DNA from: a virus
IMG/VR virus record: IMGVR_UViG_3300045988_173816
Coordinates: 192,001-256,000 of that record
Direction: 5' to 3' (one strand)
DNA length: 64,000 bases
Position numbers and translations under genes: made by a program. Below are positions 56,288-63,696 of this stretch, in pieces (within the stretch, counting starts at the first letter, position 1; each line of letters opens with the position of its first letter). Under the pieces are notes generated by a model. That model saw only the letters and a program-made list of their open reading frames with translations. It ran no database searches and was not told the DNA's origin.

Positions 56288-57022
56288 ATGAAATCCAGAC
56301 AAGAAATTAAAAAGCAAGCAAGAGATTTGATTGCAAAAGACAACTTATGGTTAGCTTTAGGGTTGCCGTGTTTGATACTTGTTTTAGTGGATTTAGCTTT
56401 TGCATTTAGTGAAAGTGCCACAGGGGTATCTTCAGTTATCTCTGGACTAACTTTGCTCTATGAACTATGTGCAAGTCTTTATGTCTTTGACCTTTTAACG
56501 AAACAACATCCAGTAGGAAAACAGTTAGGTCGTAAGATTTCGGACATGTTTAGTAGTCTAACTGCTCATACTTTTAAAACAGGCTTACTAGTTGGTTTTA
56601 TGATTGGTTTGTGGTTCTTCTTACCTTATGTAATCGGTATCGGTCTAATTGTCGCTGCTTTGGTGTCGAATGGTTTTGGTCTACTCTTTTGGTTTGGAGT
56701 TGCTTTATTACTCTTTGGTGGCTTTATCGGTTTGATAAAAACTTACGAATACACTTTAGCAGTTTATCTAGCAAAAACAAATGAGGAGCTTGGTTTGTTT
56801 GCACTACTTAAAGAAAGTAAGCAGAAGATGAAAGGTCATAAAATGACTTTGTTCGTACAGAACTTGAGTTTCTTTTGGTGGGGTCTAGGAGTATTTGCAA
56901 CAGGTGGTTTGCTTGGACTTTATGTTACTCCGTATGTAGTTGCTTCAACAACCTTTTTCGCAGTAGAAGTCTTGGGTATCCACAATTCTGATGAACCTCA
57001 AAAAGATTTAGAAATCTTTTAA
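56288..57022 (+). CDS. DUF975-like integral membrane protein
   Basis: MKSRQEIKKQARDLIAKDNLW start typical of the family as remembered. Several TM helices. AGGAGG RBS. Confidence 0.5.
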   Translation: MKSRQEIKKQARDLIAKDNLWLALGLPCLILVLVDLAFAFSESATGVSSVISGLTLLYELCASLYVFDLLTKQHPVGKQLGRKISDMFSSLTAHTFKTGLLVGFMIGLWFFLPYVIGIGLIVAALVSNGFGLLFWFGVALLLFGGFIGLIKTYEYTLAVYLAKTNEELGLFALLKESKQKMKGHKMTLFVQNLSFFWWGLGVFATGGLLGLYVTPYVVASTTFFAVEVLGIHNSDEPQKDLEIF

Positions 57023-57034
57023 TAACAGAGTGAA

Positions 57035-57057
57035 AGAGAGCTAAAGCTCTCTTTTTA
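57035..57057 (+). terminator. rho-independent terminator
   Basis: Stem AGAGAGC-TAAA-GCTCTCT followed by TTTT. Confidence 0.7.
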
Positions 57058-57058
57058 C

Positions 57059-57087
57059 TTGATTTAATAGGGTTTTTGTGATATAAT
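57059..57087 (+). promoter_or_regulatory. sigma-A type promoter of the 57113-59632 operon
   Basis: TTGATT (57059-57064), 17 bp, TATAAT (57082-57087). Confidence 0.6.
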
Positions 57088-57112
57088 AGAGAAAATTTAG
57101 GAGGTTTTGTTT

Positions 57113-57622
57113 ATGAAAGTCAGTAAAGAAAAAGCAATAGTAACATTTAATTATCCGTATCAGTTGTATGGAATTAGTTTTGCTCTTGATGAGGTTAACT
57201 ATGAGCATCTGTATAAAATGTTTATTAGGTATTGTTCTCGTTATGATGGTTTTGCCTTTAGCGTTTTAAGTAAAAACCCCGATTTCAGCTATTTCACCAA
57301 AGATAAACAGACGGTGCGAAGCCAGATAGATTTGATTTTCAATGAAGTATTAGCTCTGGACTTAGATGCTGAAGGGTTTTGTGAATTTGGTACGATTGAG
57401 TCCGACAACGGTGTTAAAGTACATGTTTGTTTTAGCAAGCTTTCCGATACAAGTGGTAGAGTGACTAAAGAAAATTCTTTTGCAGCACCTGTAATTCTGT
57501 TTGAGTTTAAACTTTCAGTACGTGGTGAAGATCGTCCAAAAGCTCGATTTCTAATGACCATTACAAAAGAAAAAGACTTGAAGCAAGGTTTACCTGATTG
57601 GGGTATTCAGTATGAAGATTAG
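57113..57622 (+). CDS. 169-aa protein, tandem paralog 1
   Basis: ATG at 57113 after AGGAGG. Homologous throughout to the next gene (KE.AIVTF.YPYQ...VRSQIDLIFNEVLALD...TKEKDLKQGLP.W). Confidence 0.65.
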   Translation: MKVSKEKAIVTFNYPYQLYGISFALDEVNYEHLYKMFIRYCSRYDGFAFSVLSKNPDFSYFTKDKQTVRSQIDLIFNEVLALDLDAEGFCEFGTIESDNGVKVHVCFSKLSDTSGRVTKENSFAAPVILFEFKLSVRGEDRPKARFLMTITKEKDLKQGLPDWGIQYED

Positions 57623-58106
57623 TAAAGAAACCGCAATAGTAACGTTCACTTATCCGTATCAGTCTCATGGGGATAGCTACTTTCTTGACGAAATTAACTA
57701 CGAAGATCTGTACAAGTTTTTCATTGATTATTGTACTTACTTTGACGGATTTGCCTTTAGTGCTTTAACTTCTAACACAACATTTGCTGATTTTACGGAA
57801 AACAAAGAGACAGTGAGAAGTCAAATTGATTTGATTTTTAATGAAGTATTAGCCTTAGATACAGATGCTAAGGGTTTTTACAAATACGGTACTGTAAAGT
57901 CTGAGAGAGGTCTTACTGTAGATGTTTGTTTTAGTAAGTTTTCGGATACAGAACCTAGAGTCGTTGATTATGGTTCTCATATTTCTCCTTTGATTGTCTT
58001 TAAGTTTGAACTTTCTTTTCTTGGTGAGAAACGCCCAGAATCTCGTTTTATGATGACAGTTACGAAAGAAAAAGACTTGAAACAAGGTTTACCTAATTGG
58101 AGGTAA
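57612..58106 (+). CDS. 164-aa protein, tandem paralog 2
   Basis: The start overlaps the end of paralog 1. See paralog 1. Confidence 0.65.
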   Translation: MKISKETAIVTFTYPYQSHGDSYFLDEINYEDLYKFFIDYCTYFDGFAFSALTSNTTFADFTENKETVRSQIDLIFNEVLALDTDAKGFYKYGTVKSERGLTVDVCFSKFSDTEPRVVDYGSHISPLIVFKFELSFLGEKRPESRFMMTVTKEKDLKQGLPNWR

Positions 58107-58112
58107 TATTAT

Positions 58113-58442
58113 ATGTTTAAATTATCAAACGGAAAAACATATTCCCGTTTAGAGATTTACTGCTTTGATGACTCGCTAGGTTATATAACGAAAACCCCAC
58201 AAGGGTATCATTTTACACTCGTCAAGTCTGAAAACCTCCGCCACAAGTTCACTTTGCTTAATTTGAGTGAACAATCTACCTCAGAAGAAATAAGAAACTG
58301 GATGAAGGGGTGCTTAACTATAACCGATTCACGCGCTAATAGAAGTGAATGTTATCCAAGCTGGTGTCGTACAATGGAAGATGAGATTTCGGTTTATTCT
58401 CACTTTCTTGATTGTGATATGAGGAGGTGGGAATATGTTTAA
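58113..58442 (+). CDS. HipA N-terminal-subdomain-like protein (HipS-like)
   Basis: 109 aa. SLGYITKTPQGYHFTL and EEIRNWMKGCLTITDSRAN resemble the HipA N-terminal pattern (vG.L....g.y.F.Y ... fF.nLLP). GGAGG RBS. Overlaps the kinase gene start. Confidence 0.45.
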   Translation: MFKLSNGKTYSRLEIYCFDDSLGYITKTPQGYHFTLVKSENLRHKFTLLNLSEQSTSEEIRNWMKGCLTITDSRANRSECYPSWCRTMEDEISVYSHFLDCDMRRWEYV

Positions 58443-59241
58443 ACCTACCTCAAGTTTAGGGTATCAACCAAAATACACTTCTCCTAATGGTGGTTATTGG
58501 TACAAAGAAGATTTTAAAGGTGGGGAAGCTTTTGTGGAAGTTTTAGTTTCTACTTTTCTAAGGTCTTGTAATTATATGACTTCTAAAGATTTTGTACCTT
58601 ACTACTTTAAACACACTTCAGTTGATTCTTTTGATTTAAGAACTTGTGTGTCTTCAAACTTCTTACAAAAAGGAGAGCAGTTCATTTCATTTAAAAACCT
58701 TTTGTCTTTAGTGCATCCTCCTACGGATACTTTAGTAGGTTTCGACTCTAAATTAGACTATATTAGTTCTGTTTTCCAACAAACGGTCGGTCAGTCTTTC
58801 CGAGAAGAACTGTTAAGGTTGTTGACGCTAGATGTTATGTTTAGAAACACAGATAGACACCTCTCCAATTTCGGTATTATTTTAACTCCTAACTGCTCTA
58901 TTCGGTTCGCCCCTATATTTGATAACGGACTTGCTTTAGGGGTCTCAGAAGGTGCTTATTTTGATTTAGACAACCTTATAAAAGGTTTCGGTTATAAAAT
59001 TAAACCTTATGAACTTGCGGTATCCACTTTATCTCCAAAAATTGATACTTCTTATTTTCCGTTTGATGTCCTTTATTTTGTTGAGGTAGTGGATAAAAAT
59101 ATTCCTAAGTCCAATCTATTGTTAGGTTTCTTAAATTTGTTGGTTTTGTATTATCCGACTGATTGCAAGGGTAGAGACACTAAAGAGGTTTTAGAGTCCG
59201 TATTTGGCGAATTTAGTAGAAAGAGATTTTTAAATGACTGA
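58435..59241 (+). CDS. HipA-family Ser/Thr kinase core (HipT-like, N-terminally truncated)
   Basis: SLGYQPKY (GxQxK loop). Catalytic MFRNTDRHLSNFGIIL and RFAPIFDNGLAL (D.H..N ... aP.yD). Confidence 0.7.
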   Translation: MFKPTSSLGYQPKYTSPNGGYWYKEDFKGGEAFVEVLVSTFLRSCNYMTSKDFVPYYFKHTSVDSFDLRTCVSSNFLQKGEQFISFKNLLSLVHPPTDTLVGFDSKLDYISSVFQQTVGQSFREELLRLLTLDVMFRNTDRHLSNFGIILTPNCSIRFAPIFDNGLALGVSEGAYFDLDNLIKGFGYKIKPYELAVSTLSPKIDTSYFPFDVLYFVEVVDKNIPKSNLLLGFLNLLVLYYPTDCKGRDTKEVLESVFGEFSRKRFLND

Positions 59242-59632
59242 TCAAGCTATGTCTAACGCTCAAGGTTTCAAAGTTTGGTACAACAATAGAAAACGAAGTA
59301 GTGTGGTGCTTTTAACTTTAGTTCTTATCTTTTTATTGACTAGTTTCTTACCTAGTTTTATTAAGAACTTCCCAACTTTAATTACCTATGTTTTTGGATT
59401 TTCGAAGGTTAATGCTTTTGTTCCTTTAAAGTTTACTTATTTTATACGTTTTAGCTTTATTTACTTGGTATCCGTTGGTTTTACTGCACTTATTGAAACA
59501 AATGAACTAGAACCTTATGACAATTTGACCTTTTTAATCTTCTCATTATTTATGGTTTTAGTAGTTGTAGTTGTTTCTTTAATAGGTTTCCTTTTTATTT
59601 CTGCAACGGTTCCAACTAATTTAATTAAATAA
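59234..59632 (+). CDS. small polytopic membrane protein (3-4 TM) coupled to the kinase gene
   Basis: The start overlaps the kinase stop. Hydrophobic segments VVLLTLVLIFLLTSFL, FIYLVSVGFTALI and FLIFSLFMVLVVVVVSLIGFLFI. Confidence 0.6.
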   Translation: MTDQAMSNAQGFKVWYNNRKRSSVVLLTLVLIFLLTSFLPSFIKNFPTLITYVFGFSKVNAFVPLKFTYFIRFSFIYLVSVGFTALIETNELEPYDNLTFLIFSLFMVLVVVVVSLIGFLFISATVPTNLIK

Positions 59633-59647
59633 GAAAGTGGTATTTAA

Positions 59648-59927
59648 AATGTTAACGAAGATTTAGACGAACTAATTGAAGACTACAACGAACGCTATCG
59701 CAACGCAAACGATTGGGTATTCTACGCTACAACAGAACTTGAACTAGAAGAAGCAAAAGCAAATAAAGCTCAATTAGTTCACGATTACTCTCAAGCTCTT
59801 TACGACTTCTTATGGGACAAACTTCCTCAACTAACTGCAAAAGATTGCATTGCTTTTGATTTAGTGCCTTATGGGGTGTGGAAACGGTTTAGTGGAAAAT
59901 TTGGTTTGATTTTAAAGAAAATTAAGG
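59648..59927 (+). pseudogene. 5' part of a gene split by the second IS607 copy (also lacks a usable start)
   Basis: Open frame NVNEDLDELIEDYNERYRN...GLILKKIK with no ATG/GTG/TTG start. The nearby ATG at 59649 is in another frame and stops after 5 codons. Fuses in frame to 61966-62330 if the IS is removed. Confidence 0.55.
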
Positions 59928-59951
59928 AGTAATCTCCTGTAAATAAATTTG

Positions 59952-59980
59952 TTGACAAAGATAATAACTTGTGCTAAAAT
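59952..59980 (+). promoter_or_regulatory. tnpA promoter, probably giving a leaderless mRNA
   Basis: TTGACA (59952-59957), 17 bp, TAAAAT (59975-59980). The ATG at 59987 lies 7 nt after the -10, and there is no RBS. Confidence 0.5.
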
Positions 59981-59986
59981 ATACTC

Positions 59987-60610
59987 ATGATTAAATTACA
60001 AGACATGGCTAACCGATTAGGTGTCAGCATAAAAACATTACAAAGATGGGATCGTGAGGGTATTTTAGTAGCTAAACGAACCCCAACTAATAGACGTTAT
60101 TACACAGAAGACCAATACTTGTCTTATGTAGGTAAATCTCAACCTAAAGGTTTAATTTTGGCTTACACAAGGGTATCCAGTAGAGGTCAAATAGATGATT
60201 TAATTTCACAAACAGAGTTTTTAAAGCAATTTGTAAATGCCAAAGGTGAGATTTTAGATGAAGTTATTTCAGATATAGGTTCTGGTCTTAACTATAACCG
60301 TAAGAATTGGAATAAATTACTTTTAGATTATGTAGCTAAAGGTTTGGTGAGTAAAATCTATATCACTTATAAAGACCGATTTGTTCGTTTTGGTTTTGAT
60401 TGGTTTGAGCGCTTTTGTAATTACTATAACTGTAAAATTGTAGTAGTGAAAAATGAAACTACCTCACCACAACAAGAATTGGTAGATGATTTAATTTCGA
60501 TTATCCATGTGTTTTCTTGTCGTATTTATGGTTTGAGAAAGTACAAGAAGGAGTTGAAGGACGATGAGAGCGTACAAGACAGAAATAGACCCAACTCCAA
60601 GTCAAATTGA
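59987..60610 (+). CDS. tnpA: IS607-family serine recombinase transposase
   Basis: MerR-like HTH LQDMANRLGVSIKTLQRWDREGIL. Catalytic AYTRVSSRGQIDDLISQ. YKDRFVRFGFDWFE. Confidence 0.85.
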   Translation: MIKLQDMANRLGVSIKTLQRWDREGILVAKRTPTNRRYYTEDQYLSYVGKSQPKGLILAYTRVSSRGQIDDLISQTEFLKQFVNAKGEILDEVISDIGSGLNYNRKNWNKLLLDYVAKGLVSKIYITYKDRFVRFGFDWFERFCNYYNCKIVVVKNETTSPQQELVDDLISIIHVFSCRIYGLRKYKKELKDDESVQDRNRPNSKSN

Positions 60611-61745
60611 GTTGATACATAAGACTTTTGGGTGTACTCGATATATTTACAACCAATTTGTATCTGAGAACTTAGAGAATTTAGCTTCGGATAAAGACTT
60701 TATTTCTGCTTTTGACTACTCAAAAAGAGTCAATAACGATCCTACTACACCTACTTGGTTAAAAGAAGTACCAAGTAAAGCAGTAAAACAAGCTTTAATT
60801 TATGCAGATAGGGCTTTTAAAGACTATTTTTATAAACGCAATGGTAAACCTAAGTTTAAAAAGAAAGGTTTAAGTGAGAGTTTCTACCTCATAGGAACTA
60901 TAAAAGTTGAGCGCCATCGTATATTTGTACCTGTTTTAAAGTGGCTTCGTTTGAAGGAGTTTGGCTATATTCCTAAGAACATCACCTCTGTAACAATTTC
61001 CATGAAAAATGGCAGATATTACATTTCTTGCTTATGTAAAGATGAAATTGATGAACGTATTCCTTTGTCTGACTACAATATGGGTATCGATTTTGGTCTG
61101 AAAGACCAATTTATTACAGAAGATAGAATTATACCTTCTATCAATAAGTCTTTGCGTATTAGAAAATTGGAACAACGTTTACGAAGAGAACAAAGAAAGT
61201 TGTCTCGTAAATATGAAGCAAATATGGTCGATAAGGTTTACTATCAATCCGGGGCTAAGAAAGGTCAACTTAAGTCTTATAAGTGGTTGAAACCTTTATC
61301 TGAGTGCAAGAATATTCAAAAGCAGAAATTGAAAGTAGCTCGTATCCGTGAGCGTTTAACTCGTATTCGAACGGAATATAATCGAAAAGCATTGCGTTCT
61401 TTAGTTTTAGAGCGAAAACCAAGCTCTATTACTATTGAAGACTTAGCAGTGTGTAATATGATGAAAAACCGTCATTTGAGTAAAACGATTTCAAAAGCGC
61501 AGTGGTATCAGTCTCGACTTTACTTAGAAAATTTGTGTAAAAAGCTAGGTATAAAATTGAGATTAGTAAGTAGATTTTATCCATCTAGTAAACTATGTTC
61601 GGATTGTGGTTTTAAGTATAAAGACTTGAAACTAAACGAAAGAGCTTGGACTTGTTCTAATTGTGGTAGTAAACATGATAGAGATGTTAATGCAGCCATC
61701 AATTTAGGACAATGTAAAGAATATACTGTATTGACTGCAGTTTAA
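60564..61745 (+). CDS. tnpB: TnpB RNA-guided nuclease
   Basis: MRAYKTEIDPTPSQ...TRYIYNQF. RuvC motifs MGIDFGLKD, TIEDLAVCNM and DRDVNAAINL. Zinc ribbon CSDCG...CSNCG. Confidence 0.85.
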   Translation: MRAYKTEIDPTPSQIELIHKTFGCTRYIYNQFVSENLENLASDKDFISAFDYSKRVNNDPTTPTWLKEVPSKAVKQALIYADRAFKDYFYKRNGKPKFKKKGLSESFYLIGTIKVERHRIFVPVLKWLRLKEFGYIPKNITSVTISMKNGRYYISCLCKDEIDERIPLSDYNMGIDFGLKDQFITEDRIIPSINKSLRIRKLEQRLRREQRKLSRKYEANMVDKVYYQSGAKKGQLKSYKWLKPLSECKNIQKQKLKVARIRERLTRIRTEYNRKALRSLVLERKPSSITIEDLAVCNMMKNRHLSKTISKAQWYQSRLYLENLCKKLGIKLRLVSRFYPSSKLCSDCGFKYKDLKLNERAWTCSNCGSKHDRDVNAAINLGQCKEYTVLTAV

Positions 61746-61963
61746 ATAGGTCACTACCGTGGGTTACACGGGAAGTTAAGTTTGTGGACTGTTATATCAA
61801 ATGAAAGTAGACTTTGCAGTTCAAACTGTAAAGACAAAATCAGACAGGATGAAGCAAGAAAAGTTCTAAAATAATTTAGAAAGGTCATGAAATATATGTT
61901 TGAGTATATTTTGTGTAACAGTTGCATAATGTTCGTTAAACATTTAATTTCGTTTTTGGTTTG
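61746..61963 (+). ncRNA. TnpB omega-RNA scaffold region of the second IS607 copy
   Basis: GTTATATCAAATGAAAGTAGAC (61791-61812) matches the IStron copy. Hairpin 61812-61833 lies at the equivalent position with a different sequence. The N-terminal 26 codons of track ORF 61887-62330 lie inside this region. Confidence 0.55.
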
Positions 61964-61965
61964 GG

Positions 61966-62330
61966 TATCCACTATTTTTGTAAGTTTTTCCCATAATCCT
62001 TTTTCAACTCTGACTGTTCCATTAGGAACAAATCCATTAAATGTAGATGATTCTAAGGTTGTAGCTTACTTGAAAGATAATCCAACCGTTGAATATACTT
62101 CTAACGTGGGTTTTGTTGATAAAGATGAAGACTACGACTTAGCTCGTCTTATGGGTAAAGTAGTGGTAGATATTCGGTATCGAGAGAAACACGTAGTTTC
62201 TGAAACAGATTCTTTAGAAGAAGTTCAAGATAAAATCAATAAGATTAAGTCTGTAACCTCTATCGACTCTGACGAAGTAGCTCTTGCACTGCTTGGTAAT
62301 ATGACAGAAACAGTGAAAGTTTCAGACTAG
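61966..62330 (+). pseudogene. 3' part of the gene split by the second IS607 copy
   Basis: The frame VSTIFVSFSHNPFSTLTVPLG...TETVKVSD has no plausible start after the IS junction. It is in frame with 59648-59927 after precise excision. Confidence 0.55.
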
Positions 62331-62343
62331 TAGTTTGATGTCC

Positions 62344-62372
62344 TTGACAATTCTTAATAGTTGTGCTAAATT
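62344..62372 (+). promoter_or_regulatory. sigma-A type promoter (upstream of a structured leader)
   Basis: TTGACA (62344-62349), 17 bp, TAAATT (62367-62372), with a TG extended -10. Confidence 0.5.
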
Positions 62373-62439
62373 ATTTAATAGACCATATAACAAACCTAAG
62401 ATTGAGTGAGTAAATAATATTTCTCGCTTTTTCTTTTTG

Positions 62440-62468
62440 TTGCATAATCTTAGGATTTGTGGTAAAAT
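62440..62468 (+). promoter_or_regulatory. second sigma-A type promoter
   Basis: TTGCAT (62440-62445), 17 bp, TAAAAT (62463-62468). Confidence 0.5.
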
Positions 62469-62512
62469 AATACAAATTAGCAGTTAAAATTATAGTTAGA
62501 AAGGAGAGTGTG

Positions 62513-62764
62513 ATGTCAACAGTAATTACAGTGAAGACCTATACTCAAGCAACGGTTGGTAAACCTATTGCTTTAATTGAAACTTCGTCATTTACAACAG
62601 AAAGTTTGCGTGAAGCTCTATTTTCATATTTCACAAAAATAGATGAAGTTACGTTACGAACATTTATGAGTGAATTAAATCGTTACGGGGTTGCTTATTT
62701 AACACATCAAAATTTGTTGATTCAAATTAGTTATATTGGTGCTTTCCCAGAAGTAGATTGGTAA
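62513..62764 (+). CDS. hypothetical small protein
   Basis: ATG at 62513 after an AAGGAGAG RBS. Confidence 0.6.
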   Translation: MSTVITVKTYTQATVGKPIALIETSSFTTESLREALFSYFTKIDEVTLRTFMSELNRYGVAYLTHQNLLIQISYIGAFPEVDW

Positions 62765-62770
62765 GAATAA

Positions 62771-63373
62771 ATGAGTGTAGTAGAGAATAAATTAAAAGAG
62801 ATAGGGGTATCCTCAGAGGTGTCTTATCTTTTTCCAAAACTTTGTACTTATTGCGATTTGGATTTGGGGTTAAGTTCTGACTTAACTGTTTTAAAATGTC
62901 CAAATCCTTTCTGCAGAGGGTTATACTATCAACGTGCAGTAACTTTTTGCGAGGTGTTAGGTTTAACTCAGTTTAGCTATAGCTTTTTTGAGCGTTTAGT
63001 AACTGAATTTGGTTGGAAGTCGGAGTTTATTTCTGAATTTTACAACCTAGATAAACTCTTGGTTGATATTTCAGATAATGAGTTTCGTTCACGTTTTGAA
63101 GTATTTAAGTCTGAGTTACAGAAGGTAAAAGAGAGTCTAACTTTAGAGCAGTATTTAACTTCATTAGCACTTCCGATGGTTGAGGATATTATTCCTACGC
63201 TTTGTGAACGCTATGATACATTGGACGAGTTTTATTCAGAGCTTGATATTGTATTGGACTTTGATGGTTATTTGACGATTTTTGGTTTGAGTATAGGTTC
63301 TGAGGATTTGATACTACGGTATCTCGAAATTTTCAATATTTATCGAAGAGATTTATTAGGTTATAAATTGTAG
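62771..63373 (+). CDS. protein resembling the LigA zinc-finger / HhH region
   Basis: FPKLCTYCDLDLGLSSDLTVLKCPNPFCRGLYYQRAVTFCEVLGL compares with E. coli LigA [52 protein letters not shown], as remembered. Confidence 0.4.
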   Translation: MSVVENKLKEIGVSSEVSYLFPKLCTYCDLDLGLSSDLTVLKCPNPFCRGLYYQRAVTFCEVLGLTQFSYSFFERLVTEFGWKSEFISEFYNLDKLLVDISDNEFRSRFEVFKSELQKVKESLTLEQYLTSLALPMVEDIIPTLCERYDTLDEFYSELDIVLDFDGYLTIFGLSIGSEDLILRYLEIFNIYRRDLLGYKL

Positions 63374-63405
63374 TTTAGACGGATGAGATTGGTGGTGAGC
63401 ATAAG

Positions 63406-63696
63406 ATGATGCTTGTAGTAGATAAGCGTTTTGTGGTTTTAGAATGGAAAACTACAAACCCAAACGTTTATATCGAGGATACAGTTGATTTTGATACGCG
63501 TATTGAGTTAACAAGAAGATTGAATAAAGATGTTTATGAAGTTGTAGTGGAAGAGATTCCAGATGGTGTTTTAAAGAATTTGGTTCATGAAAAGGTAACA
63601 GTTTTAGTAGTTCCAACGGAGGCTACTTTAACTTACTATGAACGAACAGGTAAAATTCCTGAATTTCTATTTGTGGAGAATATCTTAGGTGGTTAA
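63406..63696 (+). CDS. hypothetical small protein
   Basis: Clean ORF. No family recognised. Confidence 0.55.
   Translation: MMLVVDKRFVVLEWKTTNPNVYIEDTVDFDTRIELTRRLNKDVYEVVVEEIPDGVLKNLVHEKVTVLVVPTEATLTYYERTGKIPEFLFVENILGG

Larger units (their letters stand above)
59928..61965 (+). mobile_element. IS607-family element (tnpA + tnpB + omega-RNA), no intron
   Basis: GG at both junctions (59926-59927 and 61964-61965). Left end GTAATCTCCTGTAAATAAATTT resembles the IStron left end. Right end ...TTTCGTTTTTGGTTTGG resembles ...TTTTCGTAGCGGGG. About 2.04 kb. Confidence 0.7.
545..63325 (+). repeat. dispersed strand-specific motif GGTATC(C), about 100 copies on + and one reverse copy
   Basis: Manual scan. 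About 40 GGTATCC copies (for example 3148, 3737, 6461, 6910, 8355, 13104, 14114, 17330, 17862, 29392, 33153, 44428, 48411, 59019, 62806) plus about 60 GGTATC[T/G/A]. GATACC was seen only at 37396. Confidence 0.75.

Noticed and set aside
711-62000. All other minus-strand ORFs in the track (for example 711-905, 3746-4172, 16657-16994, 19335-19680, 25851-26102, 30146-30454, 36405-36754, 43856-44167, 50685-51230, 52979-53335, 57289-57561, 57855-58085, 61754-61972)
   Set aside because: Each is embedded in, or overlaps, a longer + strand gene or IS end. They are short, lack start signals, and have odd composition.
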